This document shows, piece after piece, positions 7,560-17,307 of a DNA stretch of 64,000 nucleotides. Origin of the DNA: an uncultured Gammaproteobacteria bacterium (GTDB lineage Bacteria; Patescibacteriota; Microgenomatia; UBA8517). The DNA is taken from the NCBI GenBank assembly GCA_964494885.1, contig CAZBTH010000001.1, positions 46,319 to 110,318 of the forward strand, given 5' to 3'. The notes below the pieces were generated by a model. It ran no database searches and was not told the origin of the DNA. It worked only from the letters and a program-made list of their open reading frames with translations. The translations under genes were made by a program, and so were the position numbers. The stretch's first letter is position 1. Each line of letters begins with the position of its first letter.

Positions 7560-8905
7560 TTTTGTATCCCTTCTAAAAGTTTCTCACGGACAATCTGCGG
7601 ATTACCTTTTCCTTGCAATTTCTTTTGTGTCATGCCAATCAAAAACCCTATCACGTTTCCATTGCCGGTTTGATAATCGGAAACCGCCTTCTTATTTTCC
7701 ATTAAAACACTTTTCACGACATTTTCAACTTCTTCCGTTGAAGCGTATTCAACTTTAGTTAGTTCGACAATCTTTTTAACAAGTCCCGCAGGTTCCGGAG
7801 ATTGTTCATCCAGTTTTTTGTTTATCATCAAATCCGCAATCGTTTTTGCTGACAGGGTCGCCGACAGGGTCGCACCCTGTCCAAGTTTACCCTGAGCTTG
7901 CCGAAGGGCTTCCTCAAAATAATTGGCGCGAGCAAGATCAGAAACTAAAATGTCTGCAAAGTCTTTCGAAAGTTGATATTCTTTCTCAAATCTTTCGCGT
8001 TTTGCTCCCGGAAGTTCCGGAATTTGTGATTTGATATTTGCAATTTGAGATTTCGGTAATTCGATTGGTGGTAAGTCTGCTTCCGGAAAATATCTGTAAT
8101 CATGGGCATCAGCTTTTGAACGCTGGGAGAAGGTGGACTGTTTAACTTCGTCGTAACCTCTCGTCTCCTGTACCAACTCCTCCCCTTTTTCTAAAGCTTC
8201 GGCCTGTCTTTTGATTTCTGCATTTACCGCCTTTTCCAAAAACTTAAATGAATTTATATTTTTGAGCTCAACTTTGTAATTCGGCAACCTATTCGCTATT
8301 CGCTCTTCACTATTCGCTAGTGATATATTCGCCTCAAGTCGCATCGACCCCTTTTCCATATCAGCGCCGCTTATATCAAGATATCTCGCAACAAGCTGGA
8401 GTTCGCGGACAAAGGAGATAACGGAGGCAATATCATGAAAAACAGGCTCGGTAACAAGTTCAATAAGCGCGCAACCACTACGGTTAAAGTCGACGAGGGA
8501 ATACTTCTTACCATCAATCGTCTCATGCACCAACTTTCCTGCATCTTCCTCAAGGTGAATGTGATTGATGTCAAAACCATTTAAACTTCCCCCAATGCAA
8601 AAGGGCGAATCGAGCTGGGATGTCTGGAAACCTTTTGGTAAATCAGGGTAAAAATAATTCTTTCTGTAAAATTTGGAAAACTCGCTAATTTTACTGCCAA
8701 GAGCGAGTCCAAGTTTTACGGTCTTAACTATTCCCTCACGGTTTGCGAACGGGAGAGCTCCGGGCAAGCCCAAACAGATCGGACAAACCTGAGTGTTGGG
8801 AGCTTTTCCAAAATGATCCTGGGGGCAGGCGCAAAACATTTTGCTTTTAGTGTTAGGTTCGATATGAATTTCCATACCGATAATTGGTGTAAATTTATTT
8901 TTCAT
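7556..8905 (-). CDS. gatB: Asp/Glu-tRNA amidotransferase subunit B
   Basis: IGMEIH, RKNYFYPDLPKG, HLEEDAGK, DYRYFPE. Confidence 0.97.
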   Translation of the reverse strand: MKNKFTPIIGMEIHIEPNTKSKMFCACPQDHFGKAPNTQVCPICLGLPGALPFANREGIVKTVKLGLALGSKISEFSKFYRKNYFYPDLPKGFQTSQLDSPFCIGGSLNGFDINHIHLEEDAGKLVHETIDGKKYSLVDFNRSGCALIELVTEPVFHDIASVISFVRELQLVARYLDISGADMEKGSMRLEANISLANSEERIANRLPNYKVELKNINSFKFLEKAVNAEIKRQAEALEKGEELVQETRGYDEVKQSTFSQRSKADAHDYRYFPEADLPPIELPKSQIANIKSQIPELPGAKRERFEKEYQLSKDFADILVSDLARANYFEEALRQAQGKLGQGATLSATLSAKTIADLMINKKLDEQSPEPAGLVKKIVELTKVEYASTEEVENVVKSVLMENKKAVSDYQTGNGNVIGFLIGMTQKKLQGKGNPQIVREKLLEGIQK

Positions 8906-8907
8906 TT

Positions 8908-10308
8908 TCAGAATGCGACCTTAGGCTCATAGCCGATTGAGTTATGATATTTTTTGCCAAGCTCAAATAAATTTCCCTCAGAAAATCTCGGGCCCATCAG
9001 CTGAAACCCCAAAGGCAAACCTTGTTTTGAAAACCCGGATGGAAGGGCAAGAGAGGGGATTCCGCAAAGATTTGCGGTCGCTGCGTAAACGTCAGTTAAA
9101 TACATTGTAAGAGGATCTGAAACTTTGTCTCCCAGCTTAAACGGCGGAGTTGGAGCAACCGGGGCAATGAGAGCATCCACTTCACCAAACACATTGTCCA
9201 CCTCACTGATTATTTTAGATCTAACCTTCATGGCTTTAAGATAATAAGCGTCGTAATATCCGGCTGACAAAACATACGTTCCCAACATTATTCTTCTTTT
9301 TGCCTCATCCCCAAAAGTATTGCGATTATTACCATAGCGTATTCCGTCAAATCTTCCTAAGTTAGAAGAAACTTCGGCCGGCTGAATAACATAATAGACA
9401 TCAATTGCATATTTAGTGGAAGGAAGAGCCACTTCTTTAAATTCGATTCCTTCTTTTTTCAAAACTTCTATCGCTAGGGTTATTGTTTTTTCAACTTCCG
9501 GATCAATTCCCCCCGTAAAAAACTCTTTTGGTATCCCAATCCTCAGTTTGTTATTTGTTTTTTGGAAGTTGTGATTTACGACAGTTCCATCAAATCCATC
9601 CTCCCCTTTTATTACATTAAAAACAGTTTCTACATCCTCGACAGTTCTTCCTATTGGCCCAACTGTATCCAACGAAGACGCCATAGCGATAACCCCGTAC
9701 CGGGATACGGCTCCATAAGTTGGTTTAATTGCAACACTGAAACAATAATTCGCAGGCAATCTAATAGACCCGCAGGTATCGGTTCCTGTTGTAATCAAAC
9801 TCATGTTCGCCGCAAGCGTAGCACCGGAACCGCTTGAAGATCCTCCGGGCACATATTCCTTATTCCAAGGGTTTTTTGTAGGACCAAAATCGCTATTTTC
9901 ACCTGATGAGCCATGCGCCCAGGCATCACAGTTTAATTTACCTATCGGAATTGCCACGGCATTCTCGATCCGTGTCACAGAGGTGGCGGAGTATGGAGGA
10001 ATGTAACTTTCGAGTAGTTTCGAACCGGCAGTGGTTCTTATTCCTTTCGTAGAAAATAAATCTTTATATGCAACCGTTACTCCTAACAGCGGTTTCTCAT
10101 CTAATATCTTTGTGTCTTTATATTCCAATATCCTATCTACCTCTCTGGCCTTTCTGTAAGCCTCCTCTTCCGCAATCGTTAAAAAAATATTGTACTCTTT
10201 GTTATATTTATTAATTCTCGCAAGGTACTCATCCACTAGTTCTACAGCAGAAAAATCCTTTTTGATCAACCTTTCTTGGGTATCCTTTATGGTTAAAGGT
10301 AAATTCAT
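8908..10308 (-). CDS. gatA: Asp/Glu-tRNA amidotransferase subunit A
   Basis: Amidase signature GGSSSGSG, GTDTCGSIRLPA, RRIMLGTYVLSAGYYDAYY. Confidence 0.96.
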   Translation of the reverse strand: MNLPLTIKDTQERLIKKDFSAVELVDEYLARINKYNKEYNIFLTIAEEEAYRKAREVDRILEYKDTKILDEKPLLGVTVAYKDLFSTKGIRTTAGSKLLESYIPPYSATSVTRIENAVAIPIGKLNCDAWAHGSSGENSDFGPTKNPWNKEYVPGGSSSGSGATLAANMSLITTGTDTCGSIRLPANYCFSVAIKPTYGAVSRYGVIAMASSLDTVGPIGRTVEDVETVFNVIKGEDGFDGTVVNHNFQKTNNKLRIGIPKEFFTGGIDPEVEKTITLAIEVLKKEGIEFKEVALPSTKYAIDVYYVIQPAEVSSNLGRFDGIRYGNNRNTFGDEAKRRIMLGTYVLSAGYYDAYYLKAMKVRSKIISEVDNVFGEVDALIAPVAPTPPFKLGDKVSDPLTMYLTDVYAATANLCGIPSLALPSGFSKQGLPLGFQLMGPRFSEGNLFELGKKYHNSIGYEPKVAF

Positions 10309-10315
10309 GGCTAAA

Positions 10316-10343
10316 TACTTAAATACTGTACAGTATTTAAGTA
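10316..10343. repeat. 28-bp perfect AT-rich palindrome
   Basis: TACTTAAATACTGTACAGTATTTAAGTA; near-identical copy at 60211-60236. Confidence 0.85.
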
Positions 10344-10652
10344 CTACTTATCGCTCCTTTCTGTCAAGATTGCGTCCACTTTGAAATAACCGTTGTGTGT
10401 TTTATCTGTCCCAGAAATTGCTCCATTTTGGTCAATACTACTAGTTTTTACTTCGTCTTCACGAAATACATTTGTCAGACCCGTAGTCTGACTGGTAGGA
10501 GCAAGGTCTGTAGTATCGACCTTGCCCAATTCACCAACATGTTCGAGTATCTGGGAAAGTTGGGGAAGAAATTTGTCGATCTCAGCCTCAGTTAAATCCA
10601 ATTTCGCTAAATTTGCTACATGTTTTACATCTGCCTTAGAAAGCTTTGCCAT
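10344..10652 (-). CDS. gatC: Asp/Glu-tRNA amidotransferase subunit C
   Basis: VKHVANLAKL..FREDEV..GYFKV; upstream of gatA. Confidence 0.93.
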   Translation of the reverse strand: MAKLSKADVKHVANLAKLDLTEAEIDKFLPQLSQILEHVGELGKVDTTDLAPTSQTTGLTNVFREDEVKTSSIDQNGAISGTDKTHNGYFKVDAILTERSDK

Positions 10653-10671
10653 ACCCCTAATAATACCCGAC

Positions 10672-11610
10672 TTATGTCATATTTTGAAGAGCATTAATGC
10701 GTTCCGGCATTGGGGGGTGGGTATTAAACAAACCAGCCATAAAGTTTACGGCCCTTTGACCTTTGTCGGGAACGGAATGAAAAGGATTTACGATATATAA
10801 GTGGGCAGTCGCTTTATTTGCTGCCTCCAGTGGCTCCGTGTCTTCTGATATTTTTTGGAGAGCGGAGATAAGCCCCTGGGGTTGTCTGGTTATCTCAACC
10901 GATCCTGCGTCAGCTGTGAACTCCCTGCGTCTACTGATCGCCAGTTGTATTAATTGGGCAATTATCGGTGAAAGTATGGCAAAAATTATTCCCAGCACCA
11001 AAAACATCGCTCCGATATTTCCATTGTCACGATCTCTTGACCCTCGCCCGAAATAACTTATTCTAAAAAACCAATCTCCAAGTAAGGCGACAAGCCCTAC
11101 CATAACAGAAACAACGGACATTAAACGGATATCGTAATTTCTTATATGGGAGATTTCGTGAGCCAAAACTCCTTCCAATTCCGTTCGATTTAATTTTGAG
11201 AGAAGCCCTGTTGTTGCACAAACAACAGCGTGATCCGGATCGCGTCCCGTTGCAAACGCATTGGGAGCCGTGTCTTCAATTACATATAATTTAGGTTTTG
11301 GAATTCCTGCGCCGATACATAGATTTTCCGCAACTTGTGTAAACAGTTTATCCTCAATAGTATTAGCGGGACGCGCCCCCGAAATTCCCAAAACTATTTT
11401 ATCGGAATAGTAATAACTTACAAAAGAAGAAATTCCGGAAATCGCCATCGCCATTCCAAAGTAACCCATTCCCCCCGGCTGGTAACCCATGTAGTAACCA
11501 AGGGCGTTTGTCAAAACATAAACGGCCACAAAAACAAAGATTACAAAAAGCGTCACAACAACAGCGCTTTTAATTTTATTGGCAAATTGGACTTCGTATA
11601 TATTCCGCAT
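10672..11610 (-). CDS. htpX: Zinc metalloprotease HtpX (M48)
   Basis: PNAFATGR, HEISH, SRRREFTAD, THPP. Confidence 0.93.
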   Translation of the reverse strand: MRNIYEVQFANKIKSAVVVTLFVIFVFVAVYVLTNALGYYMGYQPGGMGYFGMAMAISGISSFVSYYYSDKIVLGISGARPANTIEDKLFTQVAENLCIGAGIPKPKLYVIEDTAPNAFATGRDPDHAVVCATTGLLSKLNRTELEGVLAHEISHIRNYDIRLMSVVSVMVGLVALLGDWFFRISYFGRGSRDRDNGNIGAMFLVLGIIFAILSPIIAQLIQLAISRRREFTADAGSVEITRQPQGLISALQKISEDTEPLEAANKATAHLYIVNPFHSVPDKGQRAVNFMAGLFNTHPPMPERINALQNMT

Positions 11611-11646
11611 AGCATCCTTCCGAGGCCCGAGCCGAAGGAGGATTCA

Positions 11647-12201
11647 TTATAAATCAACCCTCGGTGTTTTGGTATCGCTTTCTGATACTTTAACAAAATC
11701 TCCATCTTCGGGAGTTTCCAAGCCTTTCAATGTTTCAAATTGAAACATGTCAGCAACTAAGTTGCTTGGAAAAGTTACACGTTTAACGTTGTAATCGGCG
11801 GTTAAGTCAATTAAAAGTCTCCTCGCATACATCACCTTATCGCTGGTATCCCTAAGATCGTTCATTAAATTCGTAACAACTTCAGCTCCCCTAAGTTGTG
11901 GATTACTTTCAACAACAACCTGAAGTTTTGGCAAAAGTTCCGAAATCTTTTTGGATGCATCTTTACCGCTAGATACCATCTTTCTGGCATCCGACAACAT
12001 CTCCAATATCCCTTTCTCGTGTTTAAGGTAACCTTTTACGGAAGATTCCAAATTTGGAATAAGTTCAGCCTGTCTTTTAAGCTGGTTTCCAATCTCCTGA
12101 ATCGCAGCTCCGACTCTGGTCTTTGTCGATACAAAAAAATTGTAAATCGAAACTACCCAAAGAATTAAAATTAAAACTATTCCTAATAAAATATATGGCA
12201 T
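11647..12201 (-). CDS. lemA: LemA family protein
   Basis: YN..QLKRQAELIPNL..PQL..FPSN; adjacent to htpX; start after GGAGGTGA. Confidence 0.9.
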   Translation of the reverse strand: MPYILLGIVLILILWVVSIYNFFVSTKTRVGAAIQEIGNQLKRQAELIPNLESSVKGYLKHEKGILEMLSDARKMVSSGKDASKKISELLPKLQVVVESNPQLRGAEVVTNLMNDLRDTSDKVMYARRLLIDLTADYNVKRVTFPSNLVADMFQFETLKGLETPEDGDFVKVSESDTKTPRVDL

Positions 12202-12213
12202 AAATATCACCTC

Positions 12214-12280
12214 CCCCGAGTGAAGTAGCCTTTGGCACTTCACGGGGTCCCGTTGAATGCTTTAGCTATTCAACTGGGAC
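12214..12280. repeat. Doublet of inverted bulged hairpins (REP/BIME-like) overlapping the polX stop and lemA SD
   Basis: CCCCGAGTGAAGTAGCC..GGCACTTCACGGGG-TCCCGTTGAATGC..GCTATTCAACTGGGAC. Confidence 0.75.
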
Positions 12281-14000
12281 TTTTCAACAACTTCTCGAAT
12301 TCTTTTAAACTTCGACTATTTATTATATCATCCTTCTCACACCAACCGCGCCTGGCAACAGACACTCCGAATGTCATGTTGTTCATTCCGTCAATATGAT
12401 GAGCGTCTGTACCAAATGACAATTTCACACCGTGTTTCACGGCTTCGCGGACTAATGTGTCGGGAAGGTCTAAACGCATAGGGTCGCAGTTAATCTCTAT
12501 CCACTTACCGTTACTCTTGCAATATTCGAATATTTCGGGCCAGTTTAGTTCAGCTCCTTCCCGCTCATTTAATTTGCGTCCCGTGGGGTGAGCAAATATT
12601 TTTACTTTGGGATGGGAAAGAGCTGTAAGAACCCGTCTTGTTTGAACCTCGCGCGGTAGATCAAAATTGGAATGAATTGAAACTAAAGCAAAATCCAAAG
12701 TTTCTAAACCTTCTTCGGGAACAGGCAGACTGCCATTGGATTTTATGTCAATTTCAAGGCTATTGAATACCTTTTTTACTCCTTTTGTACCCGATTTAAT
12801 TATTGAGCAGTTTATTTGTTCAACCTTTTCCTTCTTCGCTTTTAGCTTTTCGATAATTTGCAAATCTGTATGGCCTTTCTGCGAAGGATTGTGTTCCGTA
12901 AACGCTAAATATTCATATTTGAGTTCGTCAGCTTTTTTGACAATCTCCTCCATGGAACTAGCTCCCAAATCGTGACTCGTTTCTATATCAAAACTTGAAT
13001 GAATTTGTAGATCTGCTTTTACTTCATTTAATTGAATAAGTTTTGGTAATCCAGGTCGAAGACCCTGAGCGCTTCGTTGGGCCGCCTCAATTTCTCCGGT
13101 ATCCTCCCTTAATTCCGGCTCGATATAATCCAAATCCAAAAAATTATAAAAAGATTTTTCATCTTTAAACGTTCTTAGCTTTTCACTTTTACTTTTTAGC
13201 TCCTTTATTCCCTTTTCCGACAAACTTAATCCCTTTTTCAACGCATATTCGCGTAAAGCAATATTATGGTGTTTACTACCTGTGAAATGTTGTAGAGCTG
13301 CTCCGTATTGTTCGATCGTTGAAACCAAAAGATCGACTTGGATATCCCCCGGAGTTAAAATTGAAGCGGTTGTATCACCAGCTTCGATTATTTTTTGGCT
13401 ATTCGGGTATTTTGTGAAATGTTCTATTACTTTTACCTTTTCACTTTTACCTTTTACCTTTGCTAAAATGTCAATGTCTCCAATCGTCGAAGCCTGTCGT
13501 CTTAAACTGCCCAAGGGGTCAATTTGAGTAACATTCTTATCTTTTTTCATCCAATCAATAATGAGTCCGGCGGTCGTTACAGCATATGGAAGTAAATGAC
13601 GTTTACCTTTTTTCTCCCTTACTTCAACTTCTTTGAGGAGTTTTTTAACCTCGGACGGTTTACCCTGAGCGATTAAGCGAAGGGCGGTTTTGATACCAAT
13701 TCCGGGCAACTCCATTAACTTGAAGGCTTCTTTGGGAATATCCCTCATAAGTTCATCAAAATGTTTGGAATGTCCTGTTCGAAAGATTTCGTCTAAATGT
13801 TTACTTATACTTATACCTATACTGGGGACTTGGTCTAACTTTCCATCATCCCAAAGGTCTTTAAGCTCGCTTGTGGCGTGTTCTACAGCGTCAGCCGCTC
13901 GTTCATATGCAATTATCTGAAACTTGTATTTAGCTTGGTCTTTTAACTGATATGCAGCGGCCACATCGCGAAGCAATTCTGCAATTTCCAAATTAGTCAT
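12270..14000 (-). CDS. polX: DNA polymerase X family with C-terminal PHP domain
   Basis: GSLRR..IGDIDIL, QHFTGSKHHNI, DLQIHS, HPTGR, GTDAH. Confidence 0.93.
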   Translation of the reverse strand: MTNLEIAELLRDVAAAYQLKDQAKYKFQIIAYERAADAVEHATSELKDLWDDGKLDQVPSIGISISKHLDEIFRTGHSKHFDELMRDIPKEAFKLMELPGIGIKTALRLIAQGKPSEVKKLLKEVEVREKKGKRHLLPYAVTTAGLIIDWMKKDKNVTQIDPLGSLRRQASTIGDIDILAKVKGKSEKVKVIEHFTKYPNSQKIIEAGDTTASILTPGDIQVDLLVSTIEQYGAALQHFTGSKHHNIALREYALKKGLSLSEKGIKELKSKSEKLRTFKDEKSFYNFLDLDYIEPELREDTGEIEAAQRSAQGLRPGLPKLIQLNEVKADLQIHSSFDIETSHDLGASSMEEIVKKADELKYEYLAFTEHNPSQKGHTDLQIIEKLKAKKEKVEQINCSIIKSGTKGVKKVFNSLEIDIKSNGSLPVPEEGLETLDFALVSIHSNFDLPREVQTRRVLTALSHPKVKIFAHPTGRKLNEREGAELNWPEIFEYCKSNGKWIEINCDPMRLDLPDTLVREAVKHGVKLSFGTDAHHIDGMNNMTFGVSVARRGWCEKDDIINSRSLKEFEKLLKSPS

Positions 14001-14023
14001 CAACTGTTATAATACACACTATT

Positions 14024-14297
14024 GGGGTCGTAGCTCAACTGGCTAGAGCGCTTCCCTGTCAAATGTGGCAGCTCCTAGTAGTAATATTAGGATGAAAAAC
14101 CGGGCTAATTCGGGGAAACCCCAATCGAAGTCGAAGGGTAATCCCGAGCTAAACTCTGATTAAATCGGAGAAATGTGTAGAGACTATACACCCGGCGTCC
14201 TGAGTGAAATCGAAGGATGATGAGATAGTCCAAGCTTTTTGGAAACAAAAAGATTTTCGCACGGAAGAGGTTGCGAGTCCGAATCTCGTCGATCCCG
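14024..14297 (+). tRNA. tRNA-Asp(GUC) split by a group I intron; exons 14024-14059 and 14260-14297
   Basis: GGGGTCG/CGATCCC acceptor with G73; joined anticodon arm CTTCC-CTGT^CAC-GGAAG. Confidence 0.92.
14060..14259 (+). ncRNA. Group I intron (200 nt, no ORF) at tRNA position 35/36
   Basis: P1 CTGT^CA/TGGCAG with U-G at the splice site, P AATTCGGGGAA, Q AATCCCGAGC, R AGAGACTATA, S GAGATAGTCC, P3 CCGGG/CCCGG, terminal G. Confidence 0.92.
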
Positions 14298-14375
14298 CCC
14301 CAAATTCCCATTGACTTCGGTTTGATCATAGTCTAAATTCAGGCTAACTTCGGTGCTACCAAAAAGGGTGGCTTG

Positions 14376-14401
14376 CCCCCCGAAGCTTCAGCGAAGGGGG
14401 G
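14376..14401. repeat. REP-like palindrome overlapping the lysM SD
   Basis: CCCCCCGAAGCTTCAGCGAAGGGGGG; related copy at 20228-20254. Confidence 0.7.
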
Positions 14402-14410
14402 TGAATTTAT

Positions 14411-14950
14411 TTGATGAACTTTTATCTAAAAAAATTTTTAAAAAAATTAAAGCTTAACGAAGAGAATATTAGCATGGTTTTGGGGGCTTTGGTCATAGTA
14501 ATTGTGGGGATTTTGATTGTAAATTACTTCAGAGATAAAAAGGGTGAAACGTTAAACGGCGCCAATACCGGAAGTGAATCACAAAAAGAACATGTGGTTG
14601 TCAAAGGGGAAACTCTTTGGTCCATAGCAGAAGATAGATACGGTTCCGGATACAACTGGGTAGACGTTAAAAAAGCCAACGAACTTAAATCGGATACGAT
14701 AGAAATTGGCCAAAAACTAACATTACCGGAAGTTTCAGCCAAAAAGCCTACATCAACAAAACCAACTTTGACCACAAAAGTGGAAACAGTATCAGGAGAC
14801 AGTTATACGGTAGTCAAAGGAGACACTCTTTGGAGTATATCGTTACGCGCATACGGAGACGGATACAAATGGGTAAGTGTTGCAAAAGCAAACAAACTTG
14901 CTAATCCAAATGTAATCCACGTAGGGAATGTATTAACTCTACCTCGTTGA
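14411..14950 (+). CDS. Membrane-anchored protein with two LysM domains
   Basis: TM helix, then HVVVKGETLWSIA and YTVVKGDTLWSIS repeats. Confidence 0.92.
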   Translation: MMNFYLKKFLKKLKLNEENISMVLGALVIVIVGILIVNYFRDKKGETLNGANTGSESQKEHVVVKGETLWSIAEDRYGSGYNWVDVKKANELKSDTIEIGQKLTLPEVSAKKPTSTKPTLTTKVETVSGDSYTVVKGDTLWSISLRAYGDGYKWVSVAKANKLANPNVIHVGNVLTLPR

Positions 14951-15070
14951 ATGTTATAATGTACCCGTACTCAACAAAATTTATTTTATAAATTTTGAGA
15001 GGAAGAATAGTGGAGCATAAAGCAAAAATCGAACGCGGTTTGTGTAGTGCGAAACTTATTCCGACAATGT

Positions 15071-15141
15071 GCGGGTGTAGTTCACCGGTAGAATGCGTCC
15101 TTCCCAAGGACGAGAAGGCGGTCCGATTCCGCTCACCCGCT
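15071..15141 (+). tRNA. tRNA-Gly(CCC)
   Basis: GCGGGTG/CACCCGC with U73, CGTCC-TTCCCAA-GGACG; T-loop TCCGATT. Confidence 0.92.
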
Positions 15142-15255
15142 CAAGTATTGGTGTGAACTGTCTCTATATTACAACATGAGAAAAACTATAAAATCCAACT
15201 TATTTCGTAGATGTCGACAGCGGTTAGTTGGCGTGCTGTATTTGAAACTTTAAGG

Positions 15256-16446
15256 CTATTTAAATTTACCCTTACTCTGGAAGGACTCAGCAAGCCTGAT
15301 TATCTCGTCTTTTGGTAAAAAGCGAGACCAATAGAAAAACGGTCTACCTTGTTCAATTTGACTTCTGCCACCACCCCAAAAACCTGAAACCTTGGCTTTA
15401 TATTCTCCTGAATACCAATAAGGCTCACCATTTATGCGGGATGTTAATTCATCCAACGCAACTTCCTTTTGCAATTTGGTTAATTCAATAGCTGGTAATA
15501 TTTCTAATAACCCTTTGAACATTGTAGGAATAAAAGTTCTGGCAATGCCGGCATTATTATATTGGTCTATCAATGCTCTGTGCAATATATTCCAAACATG
15601 TTTGACGCCATCGACTGTTTCAAATTTGTCTGTGGCACCTACCCACCAATTCATTAGCCATTGCCTAGTTTTAGGTCCCCAGTAAAATGAGTCACTTGGC
15701 AATTCCTCGGCGGTCTGGGTTACAGGCTCCACAACATTATCTCCAAAGGCACTTAGTTCGTTAGCCAAGGCTTTTTCAATGAGGTGTGTAACAAGATAAA
15801 TGGCTTGTCTATCGATTAATCCAACCAATGCAGTTGCTTCTTCAAATGTAACATCTTTTATATAATTATCGGGACTCTCCTTACCTGTGTTAAATAGAAA
15901 GGTAATTTGATCCTTAGTCAATGAAAACTCTGATAGCCGTAACCGGACCGCTTGCTTAACAACCATCTCATTTGTAGCCAAAAGAAATCCTTTTCTACTT
16001 AAGTTCTCGCGCATTTGGTGTATTTTTCCCATTTCTACCACACCTTTTTCTATCGCTTTAATTGCCTTAATGCCCAAATCATGATCATCCTGGGTTGTCA
16101 AAAGAAAAGATATCCCAACGCCATAGGCAGTTATAAAATTGTTAAGTTCTTCGATGGTGATCTCATCTCGTCCTGATTCGTTATGTGATTTTACTGCGAC
16201 ATCTAATAGCCTTTTTGAATGAGATATTAATTTCTGACCCGCTGTAAACATCAGTTTAGAATCAACATTTCGGACCGATGCAACCACCTCGGGTGTGATT
16301 TTCCCCAAAAAAACAGTTCCAGGAATTATCTCTGTTGGATTAATATTGGGCAAGTTCAAATTATGAATGAAGTCGTCTAAGCTAACGGCTTCAATAGGCG
16401 ACAATACTTGTTTGTCTGTATCTTTTGGCCTAACTTCGATTGCCAT
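15256..16446 (-). CDS. Hypothetical protein
   Basis: ~396-aa open frame; start inferred from a TATGAT box 6 nt upstream; no recognised motif. Confidence 0.7.
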   Translation of the reverse strand: MAIEVRPKDTDKQVLSPIEAVSLDDFIHNLNLPNINPTEIIPGTVFLGKITPEVVASVRNVDSKLMFTAGQKLISHSKRLLDVAVKSHNESGRDEITIEELNNFITAYGVGISFLLTTQDDHDLGIKAIKAIEKGVVEMGKIHQMRENLSRKGFLLATNEMVVKQAVRLRLSEFSLTKDQITFLFNTGKESPDNYIKDVTFEEATALVGLIDRQAIYLVTHLIEKALANELSAFGDNVVEPVTQTAEELPSDSFYWGPKTRQWLMNWWVGATDKFETVDGVKHVWNILHRALIDQYNNAGIARTFIPTMFKGLLEILPAIELTKLQKEVALDELTSRINGEPYWYSGEYKAKVSGFWGGGRSQIEQGRPFFYWSRFLPKDEIIRLAESFQSKGKFK

Positions 16447-16510
16447 GACGCTATCATAACAAACTGGTATCAACTTTTCAACCATGCCTACATTCGTACT
16501 GCTTTAAATC

Positions 16511-17266
16511 TTACATTTCAGGATTAGGATGTAATTTTGTTATCCGACCCGAAAATTCAGGTATAGCTTGAGTCGAGACGACCTTAGATTCGGATAAGAC
16601 TTTTTCCAACATTGCCTGGTCGGGGTTCTCTTTAACCCCCCCCCAGACCTCATGTTCCTCATCACTATTTGAAATTTTCCTCAGTTGCATAATGTAGTTT
16701 GGTTCGATAAATTTCACCACCAGACCAATTTTCGTCCGCTCATCTAGCCAGGCACTTTCATATCTCCGGCGATTCACAAGATGTTCTAAGCCTGGGATTT
16801 TTGCGGCTGACTTTGATAACCCGGTGTGTGGTCTATAAATCCCGCCGGATAATACCTTTCTGGTGATCTCACCAGGTCCCAAAAAATCAGTATTTCCCAC
16901 CTTGCTTAAGAGGAAGAGTTGTGGCATAAAGGCGGTACTAAAACCGTTTTCAATTTGCGTCTCGATACTCACCAGTCCGTAACATGCAAAATCGCGTTCT
17001 TTGCTCACATTAACTGTAAAGTCTCCCAATTCCCCCTCAAACTTCGCTCCGTGATGCCACCAGCCCGGAAATGGGGCACCAGCCGTGCTAGCGCCGCCAG
17101 TTCGCACTCTACCATAAAGGCCATGGATAACGGCGATTTCGCTTGGACTATAACCTAGCATTACGAAGGGTGAACTAGTAAAAAATACTTCATTCAATAC
17201 TTCTCTCGCCCACGTCACTTCCAGATACAACTCTCTCATTGGGCTTACCTTTTCTTTGCTCTCCAT
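16511..17266 (-). CDS. Hypothetical protein
   Basis: ~251-aa open frame; TACAAT box upstream of MESKEK. Confidence 0.65.
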   Translation of the reverse strand: MESKEKVSPMRELYLEVTWAREVLNEVFFTSSPFVMLGYSPSEIAVIHGLYGRVRTGGASTAGAPFPGWWHHGAKFEGELGDFTVNVSKERDFACYGLVSIETQIENGFSTAFMPQLFLLSKVGNTDFLGPGEITRKVLSGGIYRPHTGLSKSAAKIPGLEHLVNRRRYESAWLDERTKIGLVVKFIEPNYIMQLRKISNSDEEHEVWGGVKENPDQAMLEKVLSESKVVSTQAIPEFSGRITKLHPNPEM

Positions 17267-17307
17267 TTGGGCAGGATTGTACACCAATGCATTAATTCAT
17301 TCAACGC

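Noticed and set aside
14105-14329. 74-aa ORF as an intron homing endonuclease
   Set aside because: Antisense to the intron and tRNA, with no LAGLIDADG, HNH or GIY-YIG motif.
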